24,000 nt of DNA from Glycomyces buryatensis (GCF_004912275.1 NZ_STGY01000044.1:1-24000); one strand, 5' to 3'; positions 1 through 8,046 are shown, counted from the first letter of the stretch. Made by a program: numbers and translations. The notes: generated by a model not told the origin, from the sequence alone.

Positions 1-37
1 CTCGAGACGGCCCCGTCACATTATTCCTATAAGGACC

Positions 38-370
38 CTAAAGGTCGTCGCCGGGCAGTTCGGGCATCCGCGCCGCCACCCATTCGTCCACGGCCCCACC
101 GTTTTCGATCGCCGCTTGGAGACCGTTCATCATGCCGTGGAGGGTCCCGCGCAGGTACTGGAGGTTGCGCCAGGTGGTGGCGTGGAAGTCGGCGTACTCG
201 GCCCGCGCGTGCTCGACTCCCCCTGAGCCGGAACCGAACGCGGGCGCATTGGCCAGCGTCCCGGAGTCCAGGGACGGGAGGATCTCACCCTCCAGCTCCT
301 CTAGCAGCTCGCCGAGGAACTGCCGGTAGCGTTCGAGTGCCGCCGGGTCGTACGTGCGGGAGTTCGCCAT
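38..370 (-). CDS. Small (110 aa) helical-hairpin protein associated with a WXG/T7SS-type cassette; function unknown
   Basis: ORF 38..451 trimmed to the ATG at 370 (MANSRTYD...), which follows a GAGAGGAAGG Shine-Dalgarno-like sequence. It lies 13 nt after the upstream gene. Two predicted helices are separated by a Gly/Ser loop (FGSGSGG). GC3 is high. Confidence 0.6.
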   Translation of the reverse strand: MANSRTYDPAALERYRQFLGELLEELEGEILPSLDSGTLANAPAFGSGSGGVEHARAEYADFHATTWRNLQYLRGTLHGMMNGLQAAIENGGAVDEWVAARMPELPGDDL

Positions 371-383
371 CTCGCCTTCCTCT

Positions 384-1865
384 CTACGCGTAGGGGTCTT
401 CGTCTTCATCGACGAAGCCCCACAGGCTCTCGTCCTCGACCACGCCGCCATTGCTCCCGGAGTCGCCGGTGTCCATCCCGGCGTCCGGTGCGCCGTCGGT
501 CATCATGCCGAGGTCGATGACGCCGTCGTCGCCGAAGTCCATGGTCTCGACGGCCTCTGCGACGTCGTCTCCGAAGGCCGCGGTCCCTACGGCACCGGCA
601 GCGCCTGCCGCCACACCGATCGCCGCCCCGCCCCAGTTGCGGGGCGATCCCTCGCCTTCACCGGGTTCCTCGCGCCCGTCTCCGACAGGGCCCCAAGGCG
701 AATCATTGTCGGGCTTCACACCCGAGGGCGGTTCCAGCGACGGTTCCTGCGTGGTCTGGGGCCGGGTGATGCCGAAAGGCTGCCGCATCACCGGCGGCTG
801 AAGGTTGATGTAGGCCTGGTCGGCCACCGCCGGATAGCCGCGTTCGATGCGGATGGTCCGCACCGAGCGCAGCGCGTCGTCGCCGTGCCCGCCGCGCTCC
901 TGGATTTCCGCGTCGATCTGGGCGTGCCGGTCGGCGTATGCGCGCCGGCTGCGCTCGACGGCGGCGCTGTAGTGGTCGGTCGCGTCGGCCACGGCCAGCG
1001 CCTTCGCCTCCTCGACGGTGATCCCGTCGGTGTCCAGGCCGTCGCGTTCGAGATTGGCGGGGTCGCGGTAGTGCTCGAAGTACTGCGCGACCCGGGCGTC
1101 GATGTAGTCGATGATCTCGGTCGCCAGCTCGGGGTCGGCCCCGGCCAGCGCCAGCACGTGCTCGGCGTCCTGGCAGGTGTACTCGATGCAGTTCCCGTTC
1201 CACCACGCCGGTCGAATGTGGACGGACACCCAGCTGTGCCAGTCGCCCTCGATCCAGAATCGGGGAGCGGGGAACGGGATCTCGCCGGTGTCGCCGCCCT
1301 GGAGCGAGTGAAGGGCGTCTTCAGTGGACTGGAGGGAGGCGACGGTCGAATCGATGTCCCCCAGGACCCCCTCGACCAGGTTGCGGGTTTCGCCGCAGGC
1401 GGCCTGGAGGGTTTCGAAGCCGGGGCCGGACCAGCCTTCGGAGAGTTCGGTCAGGCCGGAGCCCAGCCGCTCGGACCAGTCGGCGAGCTTTCCGGCGACC
1501 TCTTCGGTCCAGCCTTGGCGCAGGCGCTCCAGCGAGTGCTCGTCGGTGCGTTCGGGCCGGACGGCGGCGACGGCCGAGCGGAAGTCCTGCTCGCTGGGGA
1601 AGGCCATGTTCCCGTCGGCACCGGCGACGCGCGGAGCGAGCCGGTAGAGCTGGTCGGCGACGGGGACCGCGGAGAGCAGCTGCTGCCAGTCGTTCTCGGC
1701 GGGATGCTCGGTGGGGTTGGTGCAGTCGGCATTGGCGCAGGGTCGGCGCGGCGGGGCGGGGCGACCGGCGGGGTCGCCCTGGACCGGTGGCTCCACGGCG
1801 CCGAATCCCATGGACGCGGTTTCGATGCCCGCATACGGTTTCGGCTGGAACTGGTTGTCGCTCAT
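384..1865 (-). CDS. Large (~493 aa) WXG-motif protein, putative T7SS-type substrate; C-terminal function unknown
   Basis: ORF 384..1934 trimmed to the ATG at 1865 (MSDNQF...), with GAGGTG 9 nt upstream. A central helix-turn-helix carries W-x-G (LSEGWSGPGF). The C-terminus is Gly/Ala-rich and then strongly acidic. The gene follows two YbaB-like genes. No catalytic motif recognised. Confidence 0.6.
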   Translation of the reverse strand: MSDNQFQPKPYAGIETASMGFGAVEPPVQGDPAGRPAPPRRPCANADCTNPTEHPAENDWQQLLSAVPVADQLYRLAPRVAGADGNMAFPSEQDFRSAVAAVRPERTDEHSLERLRQGWTEEVAGKLADWSERLGSGLTELSEGWSGPGFETLQAACGETRNLVEGVLGDIDSTVASLQSTEDALHSLQGGDTGEIPFPAPRFWIEGDWHSWVSVHIRPAWWNGNCIEYTCQDAEHVLALAGADPELATEIIDYIDARVAQYFEHYRDPANLERDGLDTDGITVEEAKALAVADATDHYSAAVERSRRAYADRHAQIDAEIQERGGHGDDALRSVRTIRIERGYPAVADQAYINLQPPVMRQPFGITRPQTTQEPSLEPPSGVKPDNDSPWGPVGDGREEPGEGEGSPRNWGGAAIGVAAGAAGAVGTAAFGDDVAEAVETMDFGDDGVIDLGMMTDGAPDAGMDTGDSGSNGGVVEDESLWGFVDEDEDPYA

Positions 1866-1988
1866 GGAGACGCACCTCGACGTGACGGAGCCAGAGTTCT
1901 CCTCAGCGTAGCGACTCCCGGCGGGCTCCGCCATCCCTTGATGGTCCCCAATGCACGACCGGGGCCGGAACGGACTAGGGCCGGCGTC

Positions 1989-2285
1989 TCACCCGAGTTC
2001 GGCGTAGTGCTCGGCGGCGATCGCGGCGGCGGCGTCCTCGGCTTGGCCCTGAGCTGCCGTGATGGCGGCCTGGAGTTCGGCGGCGAGGCTCTCTCGATCG
2101 GTGACGCGCAGGATGTTCTTCTCCAGGAAGACGATCCCGACGAGCCTTCCGCGCAGGTTCACGCAGGCCCGGGCGTGTCCCGACTCGGTGAGGTGCTCGA
2201 ACGTCTCGTGCTCGCGCCGGGCGAGTGCCGCTTCGATGCGCTGCATGACCTCGCGGGCGCGAGGGTCGGCGAATCGGTCGGTCAT
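1989..2285 (-). CDS. YbaB/EbfC-like small protein (98 aa), ESX/WXG-cluster associated type
   Basis: ORF 1989..2429 trimmed to the ATG at 2285, preceded by GAGGAGG. An ATGA overlap couples it to the upstream gene. The sequence pattern (ACVNLRGRLVGIVFLEKNIL ... LAAELQAAITAAQ) resembles the YbaB fold. Confidence 0.65.
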   Translation of the reverse strand: MTDRFADPRAREVMQRIEAALARREHETFEHLTESGHARACVNLRGRLVGIVFLEKNILRVTDRESLAAELQAAITAAQGQAEDAAAAIAAEHYAELG

Positions 2286-2719
2286 GGCCGCCTCCTCGAT
2301 TCGCCTTCCGTGAGGTCGGCGGCCCCGCGCTCCCGCTCCGTCTCGGCGGCGTCCCAGGCGGCCAGCAGCGACGCGGCGAGCGCGTGGTTGCCGGCCCCGG
2401 AGGCGGCGACGTCGAACTGGATCTTGCACAGGCGCCCGCTCGAATCGATGGCGATGGCGGTCAAGGAGTTCTCGTCGGTTCCGACGTAGCGGGCCTTGGC
2501 GAACTTCTCCAGCACTGCCTGCGCATCGGCGAACTGCTCGGCGAACGCTTCGACGTCGCCGCGGGCGGGCGGGTCGTTCAGGAGTCGCTGGGCGTTCTCC
2601 CAGTTCTCGTCGTGGGGAAGCTTCTCGAGCGTGGCGCGGGCTTCATCGATTTGCAGCTCATAGTCATCGGGCACACCCAGGTGCGCCTTGGGTGGTGCTC
2701 CGTCGTCTGGGGGTGTCAC
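2282..2719 (-). CDS. YbaB/EbfC-like protein (145 aa), second tandem copy
   Basis: GTG start at 2719 with GGAG 6 nt upstream. The YbaB-like core is TAIAIDSSGRLCKIQFDVAA ... LAASLLAAWDAA. It overlaps the next gene by 4 nt. Confidence 0.6.
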   Translation of the reverse strand: MTPPDDGAPPKAHLGVPDDYELQIDEARATLEKLPHDENWENAQRLLNDPPARGDVEAFAEQFADAQAVLEKFAKARYVGTDENSLTAIAIDSSGRLCKIQFDVAASGAGNHALAASLLAAWDAAETERERGAADLTEGESRRRP

Positions 2720-2764
2720 GGCCGCTCCAAGTTCGCTTCCCGAATCGGGGGGTTCGCTCGAATA

Positions 2765-3772
2765 TTACCGGCGCCCTGCGACCTTTTCCAGATCCCGATC
2801 CGCCGGCGGCCGGGGCGGCCGGGCTCCCGTGCCGACCAGCGTTCGGCCCTCGGACGGGTCGTGATCGTCGCGGCCACGTTGGCGCAATCGGGTGATGAGG
2901 AGCGGGCCTCCGAACGCGGTCGCCAGCGAGGCATTGATGAACACGAAGGTGAGCAGGTCGAATTTCAGCGGGGAGACCGCCACTGCCGCGATGTACGTCA
3001 AGCTCGGCTGGATCGAGTACAGCAGGGTCATGAACAGCGGCGCGGTGCGCTGCATGCCGATCTGCAGCAGGTACAACGGCAGAGCGATGCCAGCCACGGC
3101 GACCGCGGCGATGAAACCCAGCCGCCCGGCCGCGACGATCTCGACCAGCTCCGCGGGTCGCAGCAGCAGGATCGCCAGGGCCGCCATCCAGGTCAGGTGG
3201 AACCGGTGGGCCATCACGAAGACCGGGCTGATCCGCTCCCGCCCCAGCCGGTAGGACAGCAGCGGGATGGTGGCGAACAGCCCGCCCGCGATGAACGCGA
3301 CCCCCGTTCCCAGGACGAACGACCGGTCGAACGCGATCTGGCCGATACTCAGGGACCGGCTGGTCACCGCCATCACGAACAGGAGCGCTACGGAACCGAC
3401 GCACAGCTCGACGACGACATGGCGCCGCTGCCCCTTCGCGAAGCCGATGCAGGACACGACCAATGGCGCCATGCCGATGCCGATGGCCGAAGCCAGCGGG
3501 GCGGGGATCAACGAATACGACCAGTACAGCCCCAGAAAGGCCACCGCGGTGGACACGTTCAGATAGACCAGCAGCCGACGTGTGTCCCGGCGCAGCGACT
3601 CGGGTCGGGTGGAGCGCCGCACACCGGTGATCACATTGCAGACGACCGCGCAGGAGGCGAAGGCGCAGAACGACAGCAGCATGCTCTCGGTGCCACCGAT
3701 ATTGCCGGTCAGGAACCCATTGCCCGACGCCTGCAGGACCACGGCCGCGACGATGAGCACCACGCCGGGCAT
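2765..3772 (-). CDS. DMT/EamA-like multi-pass membrane transporter (335 aa)
   Basis: About 10 hydrophobic segments in two halves, typical of the drug/metabolite transporter superfamily. Its ATG directly abuts the TAG stop of the ATP-grasp gene (TAGATG at 3770-3775). Confidence 0.7.
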   Translation of the reverse strand: MPGVVLIVAAVVLQASGNGFLTGNIGGTESMLLSFCAFASCAVVCNVITGVRRSTRPESLRRDTRRLLVYLNVSTAVAFLGLYWSYSLIPAPLASAIGIGMAPLVVSCIGFAKGQRRHVVVELCVGSVALLFVMAVTSRSLSIGQIAFDRSFVLGTGVAFIAGGLFATIPLLSYRLGRERISPVFVMAHRFHLTWMAALAILLLRPAELVEIVAAGRLGFIAAVAVAGIALPLYLLQIGMQRTAPLFMTLLYSIQPSLTYIAAVAVSPLKFDLLTFVFINASLATAFGGPLLITRLRQRGRDDHDPSEGRTLVGTGARPPRPPADRDLEKVAGRR

Positions 3773-5005
3773 CTAGACGCTCGTCATCTCGTACAGGCGC
3801 GCCGAGTCCTCAAGTCGGTGTACCCGTTCGACATCGGCTATCACCGCCGTCGGGTCTGGATCGACGAAATAGGCCACCCCCGCGCTGGCAACGTTCAGCA
3901 GCCGGTTCACCACTTCGGTGTCCTTTTTAGGCAGTTTAGAGAAACTGTGGAAGGTGCGCATCCGGCGAATCAGGTCGAGGCCCGGCATGGCTTTGATCGA
4001 GCCGTCGCTGGGTGTCTGGAGGGAGACGGTGGCCAGACATTGGTGCGGCCGGTAAGGCGCGGTAACCCGGTCCTTGAACACGTTGCCGTCGAGCACCGAA
4101 TCGGCCAGTAGTGTGGCCTGGCTGTATCCGAACGAGCGGAAGAAGACGTCCGGAGGCAGCACCGGCCCTCCCAAACGGGAGTTGACCTCGATCAGCCTCG
4201 GCCCCTCCGCGGTAAAGCGGACCTCGGTGTTGGAGGCGCCCTCGGTGACACCCAGCGCGTCCAGGCACCGCAACGTGTACTCGACCACCGCCTTATCGTC
4301 AGAGTTCAATTCCGTGAGCATGCGCAGGCTGCGCCAGACCGGAACTCCATCGAATTCGTCGAAACGGTTGAGCGCTACGGAGCAGAGCGCGTGCCGTCCA
4401 TTGCGAGTCACCATATTGATGCTGTACTGCGGCCCGGAAAGGTACTCCTGCAAGACCACCGACTCGTTCGTGATCCGCAGCAGATTGGATCGACCCAGGA
4501 TCGCGGCGACGGCCCGAGCGGCCTGGTCGGGCGTGTCGCATACCGCCAGTCCGTCGCTGCCGCCGCTGGAACTGGGTTTGACCACGATCGGATAGGAGCA
4601 GAACGCCTCCAGCGCTGCGGGAACCGCCGACGCTTCGCTGACCACCGCGGTCTTCGCGACCGGGATTCCGCGGGATTCCACTGCTCGGATCATCTTGAGC
4701 TTGTCGCGGCGGGCGCCGTCGAGGGCGAGGTCATTGTGCGGGAGCCCAAGGGACGCAGCCAGCCGATCGGCGAGGTCGACGCCCATTTCCCCGCCCGGCA
4801 GGACTGCGGTCGTGCCGCGGCGCCGCAGTTCAGCGCGGGTCTGCTCGAACGAACGGTAGATCAGCTTTCCACCCGGCGCCGGGTCGATGTCGTACTGGTG
4901 CTGCCATTGAGGCTCATAGATGTGGAAAGTGGAAACTCCGCGTTCACCGAAGGCGTCCGCCAGGTTAATTCCACTGGAGAACAAGTCGACCAATGCGATT
5001 TCCAT
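3773..5005 (-). CDS. ATP-grasp domain ligase (~410 aa), L-amino-acid-ligase-like
   Basis: ATP-grasp motifs are present: IVVKPSSSGGSDG (Lys plus Gly-rich loop), VLQEYLSG (hinge) and RLIEVNSRLGG (Mg/ATP-binding E-x-N). The start is uncertain: ATG 5005 (MEIALVD, AGAGG upstream), with alternatives ATG 5026 and GTG 5041. Confidence 0.8.
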   Translation of the reverse strand: MEIALVDLFSSGINLADAFGERGVSTFHIYEPQWQHQYDIDPAPGGKLIYRSFEQTRAELRRRGTTAVLPGGEMGVDLADRLAASLGLPHNDLALDGARRDKLKMIRAVESRGIPVAKTAVVSEASAVPAALEAFCSYPIVVKPSSSGGSDGLAVCDTPDQAARAVAAILGRSNLLRITNESVVLQEYLSGPQYSINMVTRNGRHALCSVALNRFDEFDGVPVWRSLRMLTELNSDDKAVVEYTLRCLDALGVTEGASNTEVRFTAEGPRLIEVNSRLGGPVLPPDVFFRSFGYSQATLLADSVLDGNVFKDRVTAPYRPHQCLATVSLQTPSDGSIKAMPGLDLIRRMRTFHSFSKLPKKDTEVVNRLLNVASAGVAYFVDPDPTAVIADVERVHRLEDSARLYEMTSV

Positions 5006-5503
5006 TGAAATTCTACCTCTGTTCATTTCATCACTTCTCACCCGCGGCCATAGGAATGGCCGGTTCGGCGCCGCATCGCAATGGTGCGCAGGCTATTGCC
5101 GAATCGTTTCGCGAGCGAGCGAGCGACTGCCGGGTAATGGTGGAGGTGCCGGACCGAAGTCGGCGCGACAGGAGGAATCAGGTCGTTCGGTACTGGGGAC
5201 CGTGAATATCCATTGGCGATCAACGGGGATCACGGTGACATCATGGAGCGTAACGAGAATGGAGCGCGTCCGCTTGACACGGCGAGAATCGGAAACGTCT
5301 TCCTCCCCGATTCAACGGCGTTTCGCCACTCTCCGTGACCAGCGAGCGGCACTCACCAGCGACCTCTCGGTGAGACATCACGCTCGGTAATCAGATCACG
5401 ATATGATAACGGTTCAGATTCTCCACCGGTTCCGCCTGGCGGGCAAGGGAGAGCGACCTTGGAGATTCTCGACCTCCACCGGCCGACGGCGGCGTGCACT
5501 GGC

Positions 5504-5878
5504 TCATCGAACCTCGACCACGTACAACGTATCGGGGCTCATTCGGTCACCGTAATCCTCGGTGACGATGCCCGCCTCCGCCAGCAGACGCCCGATCCAC
5601 TCGATGGCTTCCGAATCAGACCCGATGTCGCCCATGACCTCCGGATAGCCGCGGTCCCCGGCGTTGTACGCCGCCCGCGCCGCGGCGCCCCGGGCTGGCG
5701 GTGTCCAGTAGAAGAGGATGCCCCGAAAATCATCGTCATTCTCCAGCGAGACGGACACGGCTCTGTGGTCCGGCCAGACGGGGTCGGAGCACCAGGGAAT
5801 ACCGGCCTTATCAAGGCATGCAACCACTGCGGCCTTGGCTTTCTTGAGCTCCTGATAGGAAGCACTCTGCAGCGACAT
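5504..5878 (-). CDS. Immunity-like paralog A (124 aa) of a five-member tandem family
   Basis: ATG at 5878 with GGAGG 7 nt upstream. It shares the family motifs AGIPW, RG(I/V)(L/F)FYW, AGI and a (S/N/D)P-x-TL-x-V C-terminus with the ORFs at 5912, 6279, 6870 and 7663. Confidence 0.7.
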   Translation of the reverse strand: MSLQSASYQELKKAKAAVVACLDKAGIPWCSDPVWPDHRAVSVSLENDDDFRGILFYWTPPARGAAARAAYNAGDRGYPEVMGDIGSDSEAIEWIGRLLAEAGIVTEDYGDRMSPDTLYVVEVR

Positions 5879-5911
5879 CGATGACCTCCGGTGCGAACGG
5901 GCTCGATTCAG

Positions 5912-6289
5912 TCACGGCGCCCAGACGACTTCAAGCGTGAACGGATCAGCGACATCATCGGTGTCTCTGGTGGGGATGCCGGCCCTCATGAGGATATCGG
6001 AGATCCGCTCGACACCTTCCTTCTCCATCTGCGCAGTGCGATCGATACCGAGGTCGTCCCAGGCACCGGTCTTCCAAGCCATCATGGCCTGGGCCGAATC
6101 CGATCGAGCCAGGAACCAGTTGATGAACACGCCGCGTTCACCCTCGTCCATCTCAACCGTGACCTGCGCTGCGGCAAGACCGGGTCGATTGAAGCCTTCA
6201 AACCACGGAATTCCGGCTTCTCCCAGGCACGCAACAACAGAGGCCTTGACGCGCTGGATCTCTTCCCGCGTAGCGTTCTCAAGCGACAC
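5912..6289 (-). CDS. Immunity-like paralog B (~125 aa)
   Basis: Motifs: AGIPWFEG, RGVFINW, AWDD, AGIPTRDTDD, DPFTLEVVWAP. The GTG at 6289 gives MSLENATREEI, which aligns with paralog A (MSLQSASYQEL). The alternative is the TTG at 6301 (ORF-track start). It overlaps the end of paralog C. Confidence 0.65.
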   Translation of the reverse strand: MSLENATREEIQRVKASVVACLGEAGIPWFEGFNRPGLAAAQVTVEMDEGERGVFINWFLARSDSAQAMMAWKTGAWDDLGIDRTAQMEKEGVERISDILMRAGIPTRDTDDVADPFTLEVVWAP

Positions 6290-6683
6290 TGATGATCTCA
6301 AGCGTGTAGGGATTCATGTCGTCCTTCAATTCCCGGTTCAGAATTCCCGCAGAGTGAAGCACCACGGAGAGTCTCCTCGCCCATTGTTGTTCAAGTGACG
6401 TGGCCTGATCAAACGAAGGGTCATCCCACTCACCTGCCTTCCAAGCGGCCATCGCCGATGCCTCTTCGGATCGAGCCGGTCTCCAATAGACGAACACTCC
6501 GCGCCCACCGTCATTATTGTCAAGCATTACGTGCGCAGCACCGGTGTCCAGCGGAGGAAGCAAGTCTTCATACCAAGGTATTCCAGCATCGTCCAGTGAC
6601 GCGGTTACCTTGTCGAATATCCGCTCCAGCTCCTCGAACGAGGCATCCTCTAGTTCATGCATGGCTTCAACATATCGATACAT
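6279..6683 (-). CDS. Immunity-like paralog C (~127-134 aa)
   Basis: Motifs: AGIPWYED, RGVFVYW, GEWDD, AGILNRE, NPYTLEIISVA. ORF 6279..6812 is trimmed to the ATG at 6683 (GAGGA 10 nt upstream). The ATG at 6662 (MHELEDASFEEL) aligns best with the paralogs. The longer N-terminal extension in the track overlaps a relic of another copy in a different frame. Confidence 0.65.
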   Translation of the reverse strand: MYRYVEAMHELEDASFEELERIFDKVTASLDDAGIPWYEDLLPPLDTGAAHVMLDNNDGGRGVFVYWRPARSEEASAMAAWKAGEWDDPSFDQATSLEQQWARRLSVVLHSAGILNRELKDDMNPYTLEIISVA

Positions 6684-6708
6684 GTGGTCACAGTCCTCGG
6701 TGTGCAGC

Positions 6709-6822
6709 TCACCCACCCGACAGCGTCCCCGGAGCACTGACGACCTCCAGCATGTATGGGGCGAAGACGTTCTCCGCCGCCAGAGTGCGGCGGCGGCCGG
6801 GCCGCGACTCATTCGAGTTTCC
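6709..6822 (-). pseudogene. Possible 3'-end relic of a sixth immunity-like paralog
   Basis: The open frame between TAG (6823-6825) and TGA (6709-6711) translates to ...RTLAAENVFAPYMLEVVSAPG... The segment PYMLEVVSAP matches the family C-terminus (paralog B: DPFTLEVVWAP*). There is no start codon and no N-terminal part. Confidence 0.35.
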
Positions 6823-6869
6823 CTAGCGGGTAGGAATTCCAGGTCTGGCGCGGGCCTGCTTGATCGGTC

Positions 6870-7661
6870 CTAGCGGATGCCGGTTACACGGAGGGTGTAC
6901 GGGGAGCAGTTGTCCTGCAAGTCCTCGGTGAGGACGCGCTCCTTCATCAGCGCCACGGCCAGCTCATGAAGCTTGTGCTGCTTGATCTCGCCGGCCTCGG
7001 CCAGTGCGGAGTCATCGAGCTGGTTGTCCGCGAACGCCTGCACCACACGGCTGTTCAGCGGCTCGCCTACGAACCAGGACAGGTACACGCCGCGGCCCTC
7101 GTCCTCGAGCTGGTCGACGACTATCTCGACCCCGGGTTCAGTCCCGCGCTCCTGCTCCGGGAATACGACGTAACCAGCTCGGCCCAACCGCTCGCCGACC
7201 GCGTCGACCGTCGCGGCGAAAGGACCGAATTCGGCCTTCCCGTCGGGGAATCCTTCCGCGTCACGGATCATGGCGCGCAGCACTTCGACTGAGGCATTGT
7301 TGAGCAGTGCGAGCTCTCGCAGGTCATCCGCGGTCGGCTCGCCCTCCATGTCGAAGAACTCGGCCGTATAGCTCACTGCACCGGGATCGACACCCGCACG
7401 AGTGAGCGCCACCTCCGCGGCAACGCTCGGCTGCCGCTCGCTGTAGATCTCAACGATCCGCGCCGAAGCGCCACGGGAGGCAAGTCGCTCCAGCAACTCG
7501 ATCTCCACTGGCTTCTTACCGATACTCCGAGCGGTGAGCACAGTCCCGTCGGCAAGCCGAACGGCAGCATAGTTACGTCGCACCGGACTCCACCCCGAAG
7601 GGGAGTCACTTTGCCTGGCCCGAAAGGCCACCGCGCTGAGTTCCAGGCTGTCGATCGACAT
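6870..7661 (-). CDS. Fusion protein (263 aa): N-terminal degenerate deaminase-like module plus C-terminal immunity-like paralog D
   Basis: The ATG at 7661 lies 1 nt after the upstream stop, and GGAGGA sits in the upstream gene's last codons. The C-terminal half carries family motifs (RGVYLSWF, SPYTLRVTGIR). The N-terminal half has the spacing of a cytidine-deaminase-fold H-A-E...P-C-x-x-C, but reads P-V-E (7503-7511) and, 24 residues later, P-S-V-A-A (7416-7430). Confidence 0.7.
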   Translation of the reverse strand: MSIDSLELSAVAFRARQSDSPSGWSPVRRNYAAVRLADGTVLTARSIGKKPVEIELLERLASRGASARIVEIYSERQPSVAAEVALTRAGVDPGAVSYTAEFFDMEGEPTADDLRELALLNNASVEVLRAMIRDAEGFPDGKAEFGPFAATVDAVGERLGRAGYVVFPEQERGTEPGVEIVVDQLEDEGRGVYLSWFVGEPLNSRVVQAFADNQLDDSALAEAGEIKQHKLHELAVALMKERVLTEDLQDNCSPYTLRVTGIR

Positions 7662-7662
7662 G

Positions 7663-8046
7663 TCAGTCCTCCTGCATAACTTCCAGGGTGAAGGGATTCA
7701 TAGGGTCATCAGTGTCCCTGGTGAGGATACCGGCTGCGCTAAGCGCGGCTGCGATGGTTTCCATCCCGTGCTCGGTCTTGGTTCCGACATCATCAATCTC
7801 CGGATTATCCCAATCGCCACCCTCAAAAGCCTCCACCGCCACGCACCTCTCGTTGCGACCTGGCAACCAGAAGACGAAGACTCCACGGTCACCAGGCATA
7901 TCATCAAGGGCGACAATCGCAGCCGCGTGATCCGGCAACCTGTCAGCATCATTAACCCACGGGATCGCGGCAGCCTCGAGCGCACAGGTCACCCGCTCAA
8001 AAGTCTGCTTTAGCTCTTCAAGCGGGACGTTTTCCAGGTCCCTCAC
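7663..8046 (-). CDS. Immunity-like paralog E (127 aa)
   Basis: GTG at 8046 with GAGG 7 nt upstream. Motifs: AAIPWVND, RGVFVFW, GDWDN, AGILTRDTDD, NPFTLEVMQED. Confidence 0.7.
   Translation of the reverse strand: MRDLENVPLEELKQTFERVTCALEAAAIPWVNDADRLPDHAAAIVALDDMPGDRGVFVFWLPGRNERCVAVEAFEGGDWDNPEIDDVGTKTEHGMETIAAALSAAGILTRDTDDPMNPFTLEVMQED

Noticed and set aside
354-4111. Very long plus-strand ORFs (354..2489, 711 aa; 2384..4111, 575 aa) overlapping the minus-strand genes
   Set aside because: These are typical high-GC shadow ORFs. Their translations are Arg/Gly/Ala/Pro/Val low-complexity with no motifs. They lie antisense to genes that have RBSs, translational coupling and recognisable domains (YbaB-like, DMT, ATP-grasp).
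5111-5126. (GCGA)4 microsatellite in the 5042-5503 intergenic region
   Set aside because: It is short and of low information, and it is not associated with any other structure. Probably incidental.
5038-5223. 61-aa minus-strand ORF upstream of the ATP-grasp gene, considered as a RiPP/graspetide precursor
   Set aside because: It overlaps the alternative starts of the ATP-grasp gene. It has no convincing RBS and an Arg/Pro/His-rich sequence without the Thr/Ser/Asp/Glu/Lys core expected for omega-ester/amide peptides. It cannot be supported from sequence alone.
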